Assembly: GCA_964519985.1 (NCBI GenBank)
Contig: CAZFMF010000002.1
Span: 71,029-135,028 of the forward strand
Source: an uncultured Pseudobdellovibrionaceae bacterium
GTDB taxonomy: Bacteria; Bdellovibrionota; FAC87; UBA2466
Reading direction: 5' to 3'
DNA: 64,000 bases
A program made the position numbers and the translations under genes. Under the pieces are notes generated by a model that searched no databases, had not been told where the DNA came from, and was given only the letters and a program-made list of their open reading frames with translations. Below, piece by piece: positions 1-9,296 of the stretch (position 1 is its first letter; every line of letters begins with the position of its first letter).

Positions 1-1718
1 ATCAATCGCGTCAGGCGTTCGGCTTCTTCGGCGGTATGCGCGACCAAAGTGTTCATCTCGCCGCCCAGAAGCGCTTCGAGGTGTTCTTCAATCGAGGGAT
101 CCGGCTGAAACGTTTCCGCTAAAGGTACGGCCGCTCGCTCGGAACCCAGCTTCAACAAGATTTCTTTGGCGGTGGGTGAATAGCCTTCCAGGTTTTCCTG
201 TAGCTCCTGTAGGGATCGCAGGCGCGAACGCTCGGCATGGAAAAGCTCGCGTTCTTCGAAAATGCGCTCTTCTAAGTCGGAAAGGGTTTGCGAAATCCCC
301 TGGTTCTCAGAATGGATCCGCGCCGCTTCGTCGGCGGCGGTCTGAGTCCGCGTCGCGGTGTCGGCGACCTGAGTATCCATCTCCGCGATGCGACTCTTGC
401 GTTGGTCGATATCCACGACCGCGGCGGTGAGCTTCTCATTCAGCTCCTGTTGCTTGGTGCGACACTCCCGCTCGCGGCCTTCGGCGAAAACGCATTGGTT
501 TTGCAATTCCACGCGCTTTTCGGCGAGCTGAGTGCGTTGCTGCAAGAGCGATGAACGCTCGCGCTGTTTGCGTTGCACATTGTCTTGGTGTTCGCGCAGC
601 TGAATTTCGAGATCCTGGATTTCCACTTCTAACTTGCCGGCGATGGATTCGGCCACGTCGAAGCGCTCTTGTTCGAGGGTTCGCTGGGCGATTTCGCCTT
701 CTTGAACCTGCGTCTCAAGTTCGTGTTCTTCTTCCAGCGAGGCCTGCTGCGACCGGGTCAGGTTCTTGCCCCGCTCCTCCAAAAGTTCGGCATCGCTTTG
801 CAGGCGCTGGACCAGAAGCGAAAGATCGCGCTCTCGCTCGGAGAGCGACTGAAGCTTTTTCTCAAGATCAATGCGTTCGATCTCTAGATCAGTCGCTTGC
901 GCATCGGACTGGGCGAAAACCGCGTCCGCTTCGGAGCGGGTGTTTTGCAATCCTTCAACCTTTGTGCGCAGATTGCTTTGTTGGAGCGTGTGCTCGTGCA
1001 GGTCGCGACCCAGCAAGAAGAGATCGGCCGCTTCCAACTCGCTTTTGAGTTCCTTAAACTTGCGGGCGCGGGTGGCCTGAATTTTTAGGGACCGAATCTG
1101 TTTTTCCAGTTCCGTAACGATGTCCTGAAGCCGCAAGAGGTTCTGGCGCGTCTGGTCAAGCTTCCGCTCGGCCTCCTTGCGCTTCGCCTTGTACTTGGTA
1201 ATCCCGGCGACTTCCTCGAAGAGATAGCGACGCTCTTCCGGCTTTACGTTGATCATGCGGTCGATCTGGCCCTGCTCGATGATCGAATACGCCCGGCGTC
1301 CCACGCCAGTATCCATGAACAACTCGTGGATGTCCTTCAACCGACACGACGTGCGGTTGATGAAGAACTCTCCATTTCCATCGCGGTACAAGCGGCGGGT
1401 GATCGAAATCTCATCGCCGCGATCAAAGGCGGCGAAGTTTGGCGCCAGCGCCACACTCTCGCGGTCAAGCACCAGGCTGACTTCGGCGAAGGAGGTGGCG
1501 GATTTGGTATCGGAACCGGCGAAAATGACGTCGGTCATGGTATCGCCGCGCAGGTGCTTCGGGCTTTGCTCCCCCATCACCCAGAGGATCGCGTCGACGA
1601 TATTGCTCTTCCCGCAGCCGTTAGGGCCCACGACGCCGGTGATGCCCGGCTCGAAGTTCAGGATCGTCCGATCCAAAAAAGACTTGAAGCCCTGGAGCTC
1701 GAGGCGCTTTAACCGCAT
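1..1718 (-). CDS. smc: chromosome segregation protein SMC, N-terminal ~570 aa; gene continues past window start
   Basis: Manual minus-strand translation from ATG at ~1718 gives MRLKRLELQGFKSFLDRTILNFEPGITGVVGPNGCGKSNIVDAILWVMGEQS (Walker A) followed by long coiled-coil; RBS AAGGGGA upstream; no stop before position 1, so it is absent from the ORF track. Confidence 0.85.
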   Translation of the reverse strand, partial: MRLKRLELQGFKSFLDRTILNFEPGITGVVGPNGCGKSNIVDAILWVMGEQSPKHLRGDTMTDVIFAGSDTKSATSFAEVSLVLDRESVALAPNFAAFDRGDEISITRRLYRDGNGEFFINRTSCRLKDIHELFMDTGVGRRAYSIIEQGQIDRMINVKPEERRYLFEEVAGITKYKAKRKEAERKLDQTRQNLLRLQDIVTELEKQIRSLKIQATRARKFKELKSELEAADLFLLGRDLHEHTLQQSNLRTKVEGLQNTRSEADAVFAQSDAQATDLEIERIDLEKKLQSLSERERDLSLLVQRLQSDAELLEERGKNLTRSQQASLEEEHELETQVQEGEIAQRTLEQERFDVAESIAGKLEVEIQDLEIQLREHQDNVQRKQRERSSLLQQRTQLAEKRVELQNQCVFAEGRERECRTKQQELNEKLTAAVVDIDQRKSRIAEMDTQVADTATRTQTAADEAARIHSENQGISQTLSDLEERIFEERELFHAERSRLRSLQELQENLEGYSPTAKEILLKLGSERAAVPLAETFQPDPSIEEHLEALLGGEMNTLVAHTAEEAERLTRL

Positions 1719-1735
1719 TGTTCCCCTTAACCCGA

Positions 1736-4399
1736 TTAGACTTTTAAAGTGGCCTGCGCCGCCGCTAGCCGAGCCACGGGCACTCGGAAGGGCGAGCAAC
1801 TGACGTAATTAAAGCCGAGTCGGTGGCAGAATTCAACGGTAGCGGCATCGCCGCCATGCTCCCCGCAGATGCCCAACTTGAGGTCTTTCCGGCCCTTACG
1901 CCCCCTTTCGCAGGCGATTTGCATCAATTCGCCGACGCCTTGCTGATCCAAGGACACGAAAGGATCTTCGCGGAAGATCCCCCGTTCGATGTAAGTCGGC
2001 AAGAAGGACCCCGCGTCATCGCGCGAGAGCCCGAAAGTCATTTGGGTCAGGTCATTGGTACCGAACGAGAAGAAACTCACGTGCCGCGCGAGTTCTTCGG
2101 CAATGAAGGCCGCCCGCGGGATCTCAATCATGGTCCCGATACGGTAGTTCACTTTGGAATGATTGCGCTCACAGGTCTCGCGGCAAACCTTCTCCACCCG
2201 GTCCTTAAGCTGGGTCAGCTCTTCGGTCGTACTGATGAAGGGGATCAGGATCTCGGGTTCGCAACCTCTTTCCGAACCGGGGCGAATCTCCGCCGCCGCT
2301 TCCATGATCGCCCGAGCCTGCATTTCGTAGATCTCGGGGTAGGTCACACCCAAACGGCAACCGCGGTGACCGAGCATGGGATTGTACTCGTGCAACGACT
2401 TCACTTTTGAACGAATGGTGTCGGCCGAAATGCCCATCGCCATCGCGGTGGAACGGATTTCGTCTTCATTCTTCGGCAAGAATTCGTGCAACGGCGGATC
2501 GAGCAGGCGAATCGTGACCGGCAGACCTTCCATTTCCTGGAAGATGCCGATGAAGTCTTCCTTCTGCATCGGGAAGATGCGTTCTAACGCGCGCAGGCGA
2601 TCTTCGGTGGTGGAAGCGAGAATCATCTCGCGCACCGCTTGGATCCGACTGCTCTCGAAGAACATATGCTCGGTGCGACAAAGCCCAACGCCCTCGGCGC
2701 CAAATTGGCGCGCGACCTTCGCATCGTTGGGCGTGTCCGCATTGGCGCGCACCGCGAGCGAGCGCCGTTTGTCGACCCACTTCATAAAGCGATTGAAGTA
2801 CTTGTCCAACTGGCTATTGATCGTCGGAACGAGGCCCAAGATCACTTCACCGGTAGCACCATCAATGGTGATCTGGTCGCCGCGCTTGATCGTGCGACCG
2901 CCGACGGTGAATTGTTGCGCGCGATAGTCGATCGAAATAGCTCCGCAACCCGCCACACAGGGCTTGCCCAGACCACGCGCTACTACCGCGGCGTGAGAGG
3001 TTAGTCCACCAAGGGCCGTCAGGATACCGGTAGAGGCGTCCATCCCTACAATATCCTCGGGGGAGGTCTCATGGCGCACTAAAATTACAGCCTTTTGCAG
3101 CTTGCGTAACCGGTCGGCTTCTTCCGACGAGAAGACAACCTCTCCGGAAGCCGCGCCCGGCGATGCGGGCAAACCACGGGCAATCACTTCTTTCGGAGCT
3201 CTAGGATCCAGCCGCGGGTGCAGGAGTTGCTCGACCTGCGCCGGGGTCACCCGCTGAATCGCTTCCTCTTCTTTGATCAACTTTTCGTCGACCATGTCCA
3301 CCGCGATGCGCACCGCGGCCGAAGCGGTGCGTTTGCCCGTGCGAGTTTGTAACAAGTACAGCTTGCCCTTTTGTACCGTGAACTCAATGTCCTGCATGTC
3401 GCGATAGTGCTTTTCGAGTTGCTGGTAGAGGTGAATCAACTCCTTGTAGGTGGGCCCAAACGACTGCTCCATGGTCGGCGAGTCGGAGCCGGATGCCGAT
3501 TCGGCGTTGATCGGCATGGGTGTGCGAATCCCCGCGACAACATCTTCGCCTTGCGCATTGGGTAAGAACTCGCCAAAGAACTTCCTTTCGCCGGTAGAAG
3601 GATCGCGAGTGAAAGCGACCCCGGTGGCGCAGTCGTCGCCCATGTTGCCAAAAACCATCGCCTGCACATTGACGGCGGTGCCCCAATCACCAGGAATCTT
3701 GTGGATCCGTCGGTAGCTCACTGCCCTCGGTGACATCCACGAACGAAATACCGCAGAGATTGCACCCCAGAGCTGTTCTTGCGGGTCGTCTGGAAAAGCA
3801 TGACCGCAATGCTTTTCCGTTAACTCCCGGAATTGTACGCAGAGCGTCTGGAGTTCTTCCGCACGAAGATCCGAATCGTTGTAAATGCCCCGCTTAGATT
3901 TCGCATTGAGCAAGAGACTCTCAAACGCGTGCGGCGCTACCCCCAGAACGACTTCTCCGTACATCTGAATGAAACGCCGGTAGGAATCGTAAGCGAAACG
4001 CGCGTTGCCGGTCTGGCGCTCCAGGCCCTGCACCGTCGTGGGATTCAAGCCGAGATTGAGAATGGTATCCATCATGCCCGGCATGCTGGCGGGTGCGCCC
4101 GAACGCACCGAGACCAAAAGCGGCGTGGTCGCATCGCCAAACTTCGCGCCAGTTTGCGATTCCACCTTTTTCAAACTGGCTTGGACTTCATCGGCCAGCC
4201 CCGTCGGATAGTCGCCTTTGTTCTGGTAAAAAAAAGTGCAAACCGGAGTGGTGATGGTGAAGCCCGGGGGCACCGGCAATTTCAACCGCACCATCTCGTG
4301 AAGGTTCGCGCCCTTCCCGCCGAGCAGGAGCTTCGCGTCCTTACCGGATGCGCCTTCCGCTTCTCCGCCGCCGAAGAAATAGACGTATTTGCTGGCCAT
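1736..4399 (-). CDS. ppdK: pyruvate, phosphate dikinase
   Basis: 887-aa ORF with PEP-utilizing enzyme/PPDK hallmarks (N-terminal ATP-grasp, central phosphohistidine domain, C-terminal PEP-binding barrel). Confidence 0.93.
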   Translation of the reverse strand: MASKYVYFFGGGEAEGASGKDAKLLLGGKGANLHEMVRLKLPVPPGFTITTPVCTFFYQNKGDYPTGLADEVQASLKKVESQTGAKFGDATTPLLVSVRSGAPASMPGMMDTILNLGLNPTTVQGLERQTGNARFAYDSYRRFIQMYGEVVLGVAPHAFESLLLNAKSKRGIYNDSDLRAEELQTLCVQFRELTEKHCGHAFPDDPQEQLWGAISAVFRSWMSPRAVSYRRIHKIPGDWGTAVNVQAMVFGNMGDDCATGVAFTRDPSTGERKFFGEFLPNAQGEDVVAGIRTPMPINAESASGSDSPTMEQSFGPTYKELIHLYQQLEKHYRDMQDIEFTVQKGKLYLLQTRTGKRTASAAVRIAVDMVDEKLIKEEEAIQRVTPAQVEQLLHPRLDPRAPKEVIARGLPASPGAASGEVVFSSEEADRLRKLQKAVILVRHETSPEDIVGMDASTGILTALGGLTSHAAVVARGLGKPCVAGCGAISIDYRAQQFTVGGRTIKRGDQITIDGATGEVILGLVPTINSQLDKYFNRFMKWVDKRRSLAVRANADTPNDAKVARQFGAEGVGLCRTEHMFFESSRIQAVREMILASTTEDRLRALERIFPMQKEDFIGIFQEMEGLPVTIRLLDPPLHEFLPKNEDEIRSTAMAMGISADTIRSKVKSLHEYNPMLGHRGCRLGVTYPEIYEMQARAIMEAAAEIRPGSERGCEPEILIPFISTTEELTQLKDRVEKVCRETCERNHSKVNYRIGTMIEIPRAAFIAEELARHVSFFSFGTNDLTQMTFGLSRDDAGSFLPTYIERGIFREDPFVSLDQQGVGELMQIACERGRKGRKDLKLGICGEHGGDAATVEFCHRLGFNYVSCSPFRVPVARLAAAQATLKV

Positions 4400-4406
4400 T
4401 AAACCT

Positions 4407-5729
4407 TCACTCCTTCATCAATGCTTTGGACAGGAACTCGGTCACCTGAGTCAGAGCAATGCGATCTTGTTTCATGCTGTCGCGTTCGCGAATGGTCACC
4501 GTTTGGGCCGAAGCCGTGTCTCCGTCGATCGTAATGCAATACGGAGTGCCCGCTTCGTCTTGACGCCGATACCGACGCCCGATGGCGCCCTTCTCGTCGT
4601 AATAGACGTTCCAACGCTTTTTGAGTTCCCGGTACAGTTTTTCCGCCGTCTCTGGCATGCCATCCTTATTCACCAGCGGCAAAACCGCGGCCTTGATCGG
4701 TGCGATCCGAGGATCGAAACGCAGCACCGTGCGCTCGGCTTCCTCTTCGTAGGCATCCACCAAGAAAGCCAGGGTCGCGCGATCCGCGCCCGCCGAAGGC
4801 TCGATGACGTAGGGAACAAATTTCGTATTCGATTCGGGATCGAAATAGCTCAGATCCTTCTTGCTGAACTCCGAGTGCTTCTTCAGATCGTAGTCGGTGC
4901 GGTTGGCAATGCCTTCCAATTCGGCACGACCAAACGGAAAGTCGTATTCCACATCGGCGCAACCGGCCGCGTAGTGCGCGAGTTCATCCTTGTCGTGCTC
5001 ACGTAAGTGGAGTCGCTCTTTCTTAATTCCGTAGCGCGTATACCAAGCATAGCGCTCGTCGCGCCAATAGCGGTACCACTGGTCGGCTTCTTTCGGATCC
5101 GGCTTGACGAAAAACTCGATTTCCATCTGCTCGAATTCGCGCGAACGAAAAGTAAAGTTGCGGGGGTTAATTTCATTGCGAAACGCTTTGCCGACTTGGG
5201 CGATACCAAAAGGCACTTTCACCCGGCTAGTGCTTACGACGTTCAAGAAGTTGGCAAAAATCCCCTGCGCGGTTTCCGGTCGCAAATACGTCTGCGAAGC
5301 GCTGTCTTCCGAGGCCCCTACGTAAGTCTTGAACATCAGATTGAACTGCTGCGTTTCGGTAAACTTGTCCTTCGAGCCGCAGGTCGGGCACTGATTGTTT
5401 TGAATGTGGTCGGCACGAAACCGGCCGCGGCATTGTTTGCAATCGACCATCGGATCGGAAAACGAAGTGGCGTGTCCGGACGCTTCCCAAACTTTTGGAT
5501 TCATCAAGATCGAGCAATCGACGCCGACAATATCGTCGCGCAGGGTGACGTTGTCGCGCCACCAGGCCTCTTTGATGTTTCGCTTCAGCTCGACGCCGAG
5601 CGGGCCGTAATCCCAGCAACCGTTCAAACCGCCGTAGATCTCGCTCGACTGGAAGATAAAGGCGCGGCGGCGGCAAAGGGAAACGACCGCCTCCATTTTC
5701 TTCTGATCGGTTGCTTTCGGATTGGCCAT
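4407..5729 (-). CDS. glyQS: glycine--tRNA ligase (class II, single-chain GlyQS type)
   Basis: MEAVVSLCRRRAFIFQSSEIYGGLNGCWDYGPLGVELKRNIKEAWW is a typical GlyRS N-terminus; start moved to internal Met (MANPK) because the first 58 aa of the track ORF lack homology. Confidence 0.88.
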   Translation of the reverse strand: MANPKATDQKKMEAVVSLCRRRAFIFQSSEIYGGLNGCWDYGPLGVELKRNIKEAWWRDNVTLRDDIVGVDCSILMNPKVWEASGHATSFSDPMVDCKQCRGRFRADHIQNNQCPTCGSKDKFTETQQFNLMFKTYVGASEDSASQTYLRPETAQGIFANFLNVVSTSRVKVPFGIAQVGKAFRNEINPRNFTFRSREFEQMEIEFFVKPDPKEADQWYRYWRDERYAWYTRYGIKKERLHLREHDKDELAHYAAGCADVEYDFPFGRAELEGIANRTDYDLKKHSEFSKKDLSYFDPESNTKFVPYVIEPSAGADRATLAFLVDAYEEEAERTVLRFDPRIAPIKAAVLPLVNKDGMPETAEKLYRELKKRWNVYYDEKGAIGRRYRRQDEAGTPYCITIDGDTASAQTVTIRERDSMKQDRIALTQVTEFLSKALMKE

Positions 5730-5776
5730 GGCACTCCCGGAATGGAAAAGCCGGTATCCTAAACGGCCACCGTCTT

Positions 5777-6259
5777 TTAGCCAAACGTTTCCGACATTTC
5801 GCTCAATACCGTCAGAAAGATCAAGGCCAGCGCGGGCAGGACGAAAAACAGCGCCAAAATCAGGCTGGTTTTCAAAGGGAGAGACCTCAGGTGGGCCTGC
5901 CATTCCCGCTCCTGCTCGGCCCGCAAAGCCTCGGTCATGGCCGCCAACGTCGGCGCCAACGGGCAGCCGGAGCCGTAAAGGTCGGCGAGCGCCCCGAACC
6001 AGAGGCGGTGCCGGGGGTCCGGATACCTCTGGGCCAGTTGTTGTAAGTGCTCGCTAAAGCGGGTTTCCCCCGGGTCTAGACGCTTCCGGAAGGCAGGGGA
6101 AAGCCCGTCGGTGAGGGCAGACAGCGCACTTGGCCAGGCGTACGCCAGGTCGTAGCCGGCTTGGAGCATGACCCCCACCATCTCCCAAAACAGGATTAAA
6201 CTCCGCCGCTCCCGGCGGACCCGGTGCTTTAGCAAAAGCGACTGGTGTGCACCAGGCAT
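5777..6259 (-). CDS. type II secretion system F domain protein (TadC-like), short; start uncertain
   Basis: C-terminal 160 aa of track ORF 5777..6967 carry the T2SSF motif (LILFWEMVGVMLQAGYDLAYAW) and a terminal TM helix; the upstream 236 aa of that ORF are a Gly/Arg-rich alternate frame over tadB and judged spurious. Confidence 0.4.
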   Translation of the reverse strand: MPGAHQSLLLKHRVRRERRSLILFWEMVGVMLQAGYDLAYAWPSALSALTDGLSPAFRKRLDPGETRFSEHLQQLAQRYPDPRHRLWFGALADLYGSGCPLAPTLAAMTEALRAEQEREWQAHLRSLPLKTSLILALFFVLPALALIFLTVLSEMSETFG

Positions 6260-7116
6260 GCGACCCCCATCCCTTCCACGGCTCCCGCGACCACCATGGC
6301 CCAAGGGCTCAAACCGGTCGCCAGCCCCGGTTGGCAGAGCCAAAGTGTCCCCACCACGATCCAGGGAACTCCCAGCGCGACCCCCGCTTGGGCCATCGCG
6401 GCCCGCCGCCCATCGCGCAGGCGCAGCTCCGCTTCGCGCTCCCGCTCCAACCACGGCACCATCCGATCCAAAAGGGGCGCCACCGGAATACCCTGGCGGT
6501 AAGCCAGTTGTAGGGCCGTAAGACTTGTTCCCATCAAACGCAAGGGAACGCGCCGATCGAACCGGCGCAAGCATTCGCCCAAGCCCTCCCCTTCGTGAAA
6601 TCCGGCCAACGCCCGCGCGATGGTCCGGGCAAAGGGTGACGGCTGTACCTGGGCCAGGTGGAAGAGCGCCGCCGGCAAACCGAGGCCGGCGTGGATCAGG
6701 CCCCGCAAGGCCTGGAAGTAGACGATGCCCGACGCTTCCATTTCCTCCCGCGCGCGCTGCCCGCGCAGTCGCACGCCGACTTCGGCCAGCAGCGGAAGAA
6801 GAACCAGCCCCCCGAGACCGAAAGCCATTCCCCGCAAACCCGCCAACCCGAGACAGAACCCCAGTCCCACCGCCGCTCGCTCGCAACGCCGAAAAGCCGC
6901 TCGACTCAACGGCGCCCGAAAGAAGGCCCGGCGCCGCAAGGCCCGCCGGCGGGTTTCCGCCAGCCAAAGCTGGCCGAGTCGCAGGAGCGCAATCAGCAGA
7001 AAGGCTAACATCAGGGATCGGAAAACGGCGGTCACGGTTGCACGAGAGTGCAATTCGGGTTCCGCAGTGCTATCCCAGAAAAAAAGGGGGACTGATGATT
7101 TTGAAACTGACAGCAA
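6229..7116 (-). CDS. Flp pilus assembly platform protein TadB-like (T2SSF domain)
   Basis: 295 aa with N-terminal TM helix, cytoplasmic T2SSF segment (GIVYFQALRGLIHAGLGLPAALFHLAQ) and C-terminal TM helices; the start may be the GTG at ~7034, because the ATG at 7116 overlaps the divergent fadD start. Confidence 0.5.
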   Translation of the reverse strand: MLSVSKSSVPLFFWDSTAEPELHSRATVTAVFRSLMLAFLLIALLRLGQLWLAETRRRALRRRAFFRAPLSRAAFRRCERAAVGLGFCLGLAGLRGMAFGLGGLVLLPLLAEVGVRLRGQRAREEMEASGIVYFQALRGLIHAGLGLPAALFHLAQVQPSPFARTIARALAGFHEGEGLGECLRRFDRRVPLRLMGTSLTALQLAYRQGIPVAPLLDRMVPWLEREREAELRLRDGRRAAMAQAGVALGVPWIVVGTLWLCQPGLATGLSPWAMVVAGAVEGMGVACLVHTSRFC

Positions 7117-8885
7117 CCGATGCCCGCGCGTCCGGCGCTCCGGCTAACTCCACCTTGGACGGACGGACCCTTCCTGAGATCTACGTGAAACGCGTCGTGC
7201 TCTCGGCTGACCAGCGCGTCTACCTCGTCAAAAAGGGCGGAATGTTCCGACCCGTGACCTGGGGAGAGGCCCACCACCAATCGCTGCTTTTCTTCCAGGC
7301 CTTGCGTGCGGCCGGAATCGAAAAGGGCGATCGGGTCGCCATCTTGAGCAATAGCCGGCCGGAGTGGGCGATTGCGGATATTACGATCCAAACCTTGGGC
7401 GCGGCGACCGTGCCGATCTATCAGTCCAGCATCGCCGAAGATGTGGCGTTCATCCTGACCCATTCGGGGGCAAAGCTGGTTTTCGCCGAAGATGCCGCTC
7501 AAGGCGAGAAACTGGCGAAGGCCTTCAAGGAAATGGGCAAGACGCTGCCCGTGATTTTCTTTGCGTCCGGCGTTTCGCATCCCGAATTTGCATCGCAAAC
7601 GGTGGAAGACTTACCGACGGTGGCCGATCGCGAAGCGCTGACCCGCGAGCAAAAGGCCTCCGCCGAGGCGGTGAAACCGGAAGACCTCGGATCGATCGTC
7701 TATACTTCCGGAACCACCGGCCAGCCGAAGGGCGTGCGCCTTTTGCACGCGAGTCTCACGGCCGAGACCCGCTCGATTGTTCAGGAGGTGGAGCTTTCCG
7801 CCGCCGATACGACGCTTGCTTTTCTGCCCTTCGCGCATGTCTTTGGCCGCATCGAGAGTCTCATGCCGCTCGTCGCCGGCCTTTCGCTCGCCTTTGCCGA
7901 AAACGTCAATGCGGTAGCCGCCAATCTGATGGAGATCCGGCCGACCATTTTGATGAGCGTGCCGCGTATTTACGAAAAAATGTACGCGAAGATTGTTTCC
8001 GATTTGGAATCCGGCCCGGTTTATAAGCGCGTCCTTTTTCGTTGGGCGGTGCAAACGGGGCGCGAGGTCGCGCGACTGCGTTCCCAGAAGTCTCCGGTTC
8101 CGATCCCCTTGCTCTTGAAGTTTCAGGTTGCCGACCAGTTGGTGTTTTCCAAGGTCCGGGAAAGAATGGGTGGGCGTTTGCGTTTCACCGTTTCGGGCGG
8201 CGCACCGCTCGCCTCCGAACTCTGTGAGTTCTTCCACGCTTGCGGCATCAAGATTTTGGAGGGCTACGGCCTCACCGAAACGTTCGGCGCGATTTCCGTG
8301 AATCTCCCCGAAGACTACCGCTTCGGCACCGTCGGCCGCCCGATTGCCTACACCCATTTTCGCATCGCCGATGACGGCGAGATCCAAGCCAAGGGCCCCG
8401 CGATCTTCGACGGCTATCACGGCGACGAGGCCGCCAGCCGCGAAACCATGACCGAAGATGGTTGGTTTTGTACCGGGGATATCGGCGAATTCGACGAAAA
8501 GGGATTTTTGAAGATCACCGATCGCAAAAAGGAACTCATCGTCACGTCCGGCGGAAAGAATGTCGCGCCGCAAAAACTCGAAAACCGGCTAAAGCAAATC
8601 CCGGGCGTGAGCCAGGCTCTGGTTTACGGCGATAAGCGCAAGTACCTCGTCGCCCTCTTGACTCTCACCGGAGGAACCAAAGAGAATGAAGCGGTTCACA
8701 AACAGATCGAAGACGGCATCAAGGCAATGAATAAGGACTTAGCGAGCTACGAAACGGTGAAGCGCTTTAAGATCCTTCCCCAGGACTTCACACTGGAGTC
8801 GGGGGAGATGACACCGTCGCTCAAGCTCAAACGCAAAGTGATCGTGAAGAATCACCAGGCCGAAATCGATACGCTCTACGAATAG
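7095..8885 (+). CDS. fadD: long-chain fatty acid--CoA ligase (AMP-binding family)
   Basis: AMP-binding signature IVYTSGTTGQPKGV and the usual ACSL N-terminus (TWGEAHHQ...GDRVAILSNSRPEW); ATG 7095 preceded by AAAAAGGGGG; an in-frame TTG at ~7155 is an alternative start. Confidence 0.85.
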   Translation: MILKLTATDARASGAPANSTLDGRTLPEIYVKRVVLSADQRVYLVKKGGMFRPVTWGEAHHQSLLFFQALRAAGIEKGDRVAILSNSRPEWAIADITIQTLGAATVPIYQSSIAEDVAFILTHSGAKLVFAEDAAQGEKLAKAFKEMGKTLPVIFFASGVSHPEFASQTVEDLPTVADREALTREQKASAEAVKPEDLGSIVYTSGTTGQPKGVRLLHASLTAETRSIVQEVELSAADTTLAFLPFAHVFGRIESLMPLVAGLSLAFAENVNAVAANLMEIRPTILMSVPRIYEKMYAKIVSDLESGPVYKRVLFRWAVQTGREVARLRSQKSPVPIPLLLKFQVADQLVFSKVRERMGGRLRFTVSGGAPLASELCEFFHACGIKILEGYGLTETFGAISVNLPEDYRFGTVGRPIAYTHFRIADDGEIQAKGPAIFDGYHGDEAASRETMTEDGWFCTGDIGEFDEKGFLKITDRKKELIVTSGGKNVAPQKLENRLKQIPGVSQALVYGDKRKYLVALLTLTGGTKENEAVHKQIEDGIKAMNKDLASYETVKRFKILPQDFTLESGEMTPSLKLKRKVIVKNHQAEIDTLYE

Positions 8886-8891
8886 GAAAAA

Positions 8892-9248
8892 ATGAAAAGC
8901 CTCCTGGGGTGGTTGGGACTTGTATGGGCCAGCTTTACCTTCGCTTACCCGCATGCCGGGTGCACCGTGAGCGTTGCTTGCTCCGGCGGAGGAACCGCAA
9001 CCTGCCTTACCGATGATACGGACTCCACCTGCGGCACCTCGCCGAACGGCAAGAGCCGTTTCTGCCGCTCCCGCCACCCGACGACCGACTCCAAAGGAAC
9101 GGTGCTCGGATTGCAAGAACGCTACGATCATATCTGCTGCGACACGGTGGGCAATGCGCTTCGGCTTCCGGCCCAGCTTCAGCCACCGCCTTGGACTTGG
9201 AATCCCAGCCTAGCGTCCCTGGCCGATTGCACCAGCGTTGGCCCCTAA
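8892..9248 (+). CDS. small cysteine-rich secreted protein (hypothetical)
   Basis: 118 aa with signal peptide MKSLLGWLGLVWASFTFA and 10 Cys; RBS AGGAAAAAATG 6 nt after the fadD stop. Confidence 0.4.
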   Translation: MKSLLGWLGLVWASFTFAYPHAGCTVSVACSGGGTATCLTDDTDSTCGTSPNGKSRFCRSRHPTTDSKGTVLGLQERYDHICCDTVGNALRLPAQLQPPPWTWNPSLASLADCTSVGP

Positions 9249-9265
9249 GTCCGAGTTGTCTCTCG

Positions 9266-9281
9266 ACTCCGGCGCCGGAGT
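9266..9281. terminator. perfect 16-bp palindrome ACTCCGGCGCCGGAGT between convergent genes
   Basis: Lies between the stop of 8892..9248(+) and the stop of 9297..9725(-); same sequence as the terminal arms of the 54254..54402 element. Confidence 0.4.
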
Positions 9282-9296
9282 GACGCAAGCAACCCG

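Noticed and set aside
1249-1803. Plus-strand ORFs 1249..1803 and 1326..1712
   Set aside because: They are antisense to the SMC N-terminal coding region, whose Walker A and coiled-coil translate cleanly on the minus strand.
5730-5903. A 58-aa N-terminal extension of glycine-tRNA ligase in the track ORF
   Set aside because: There is no GlyRS homology before MANPK/MEAVVSL. The first Met in a stop-to-stop ORF is probably not the real start.
6260-6967. N-terminal 236 aa of the 396-aa minus-strand ORF 5777..6967 (Gly/Arg/Ser-rich)
   Set aside because: It overlaps the TadB-like ORF in another frame and has no TM or domain features. Only the C-terminal 160 aa carry T2SSF homology.
6525-7094. The 786-aa plus-strand ORF 6525..8885 implies a 190-aa Arg/Pro-rich N-terminal extension of FadD
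   Set aside because: The extension is antisense to the TadB-like gene and has low-complexity composition typical of a wrong-frame high-GC ORF. AMP-ligase homology begins near the ATG at 7095, which has a good RBS.
7611-8573. 320-aa minus-strand ORF
   Set aside because: It lies entirely antisense to fadD. It is Gly/Arg-rich and has no motifs.
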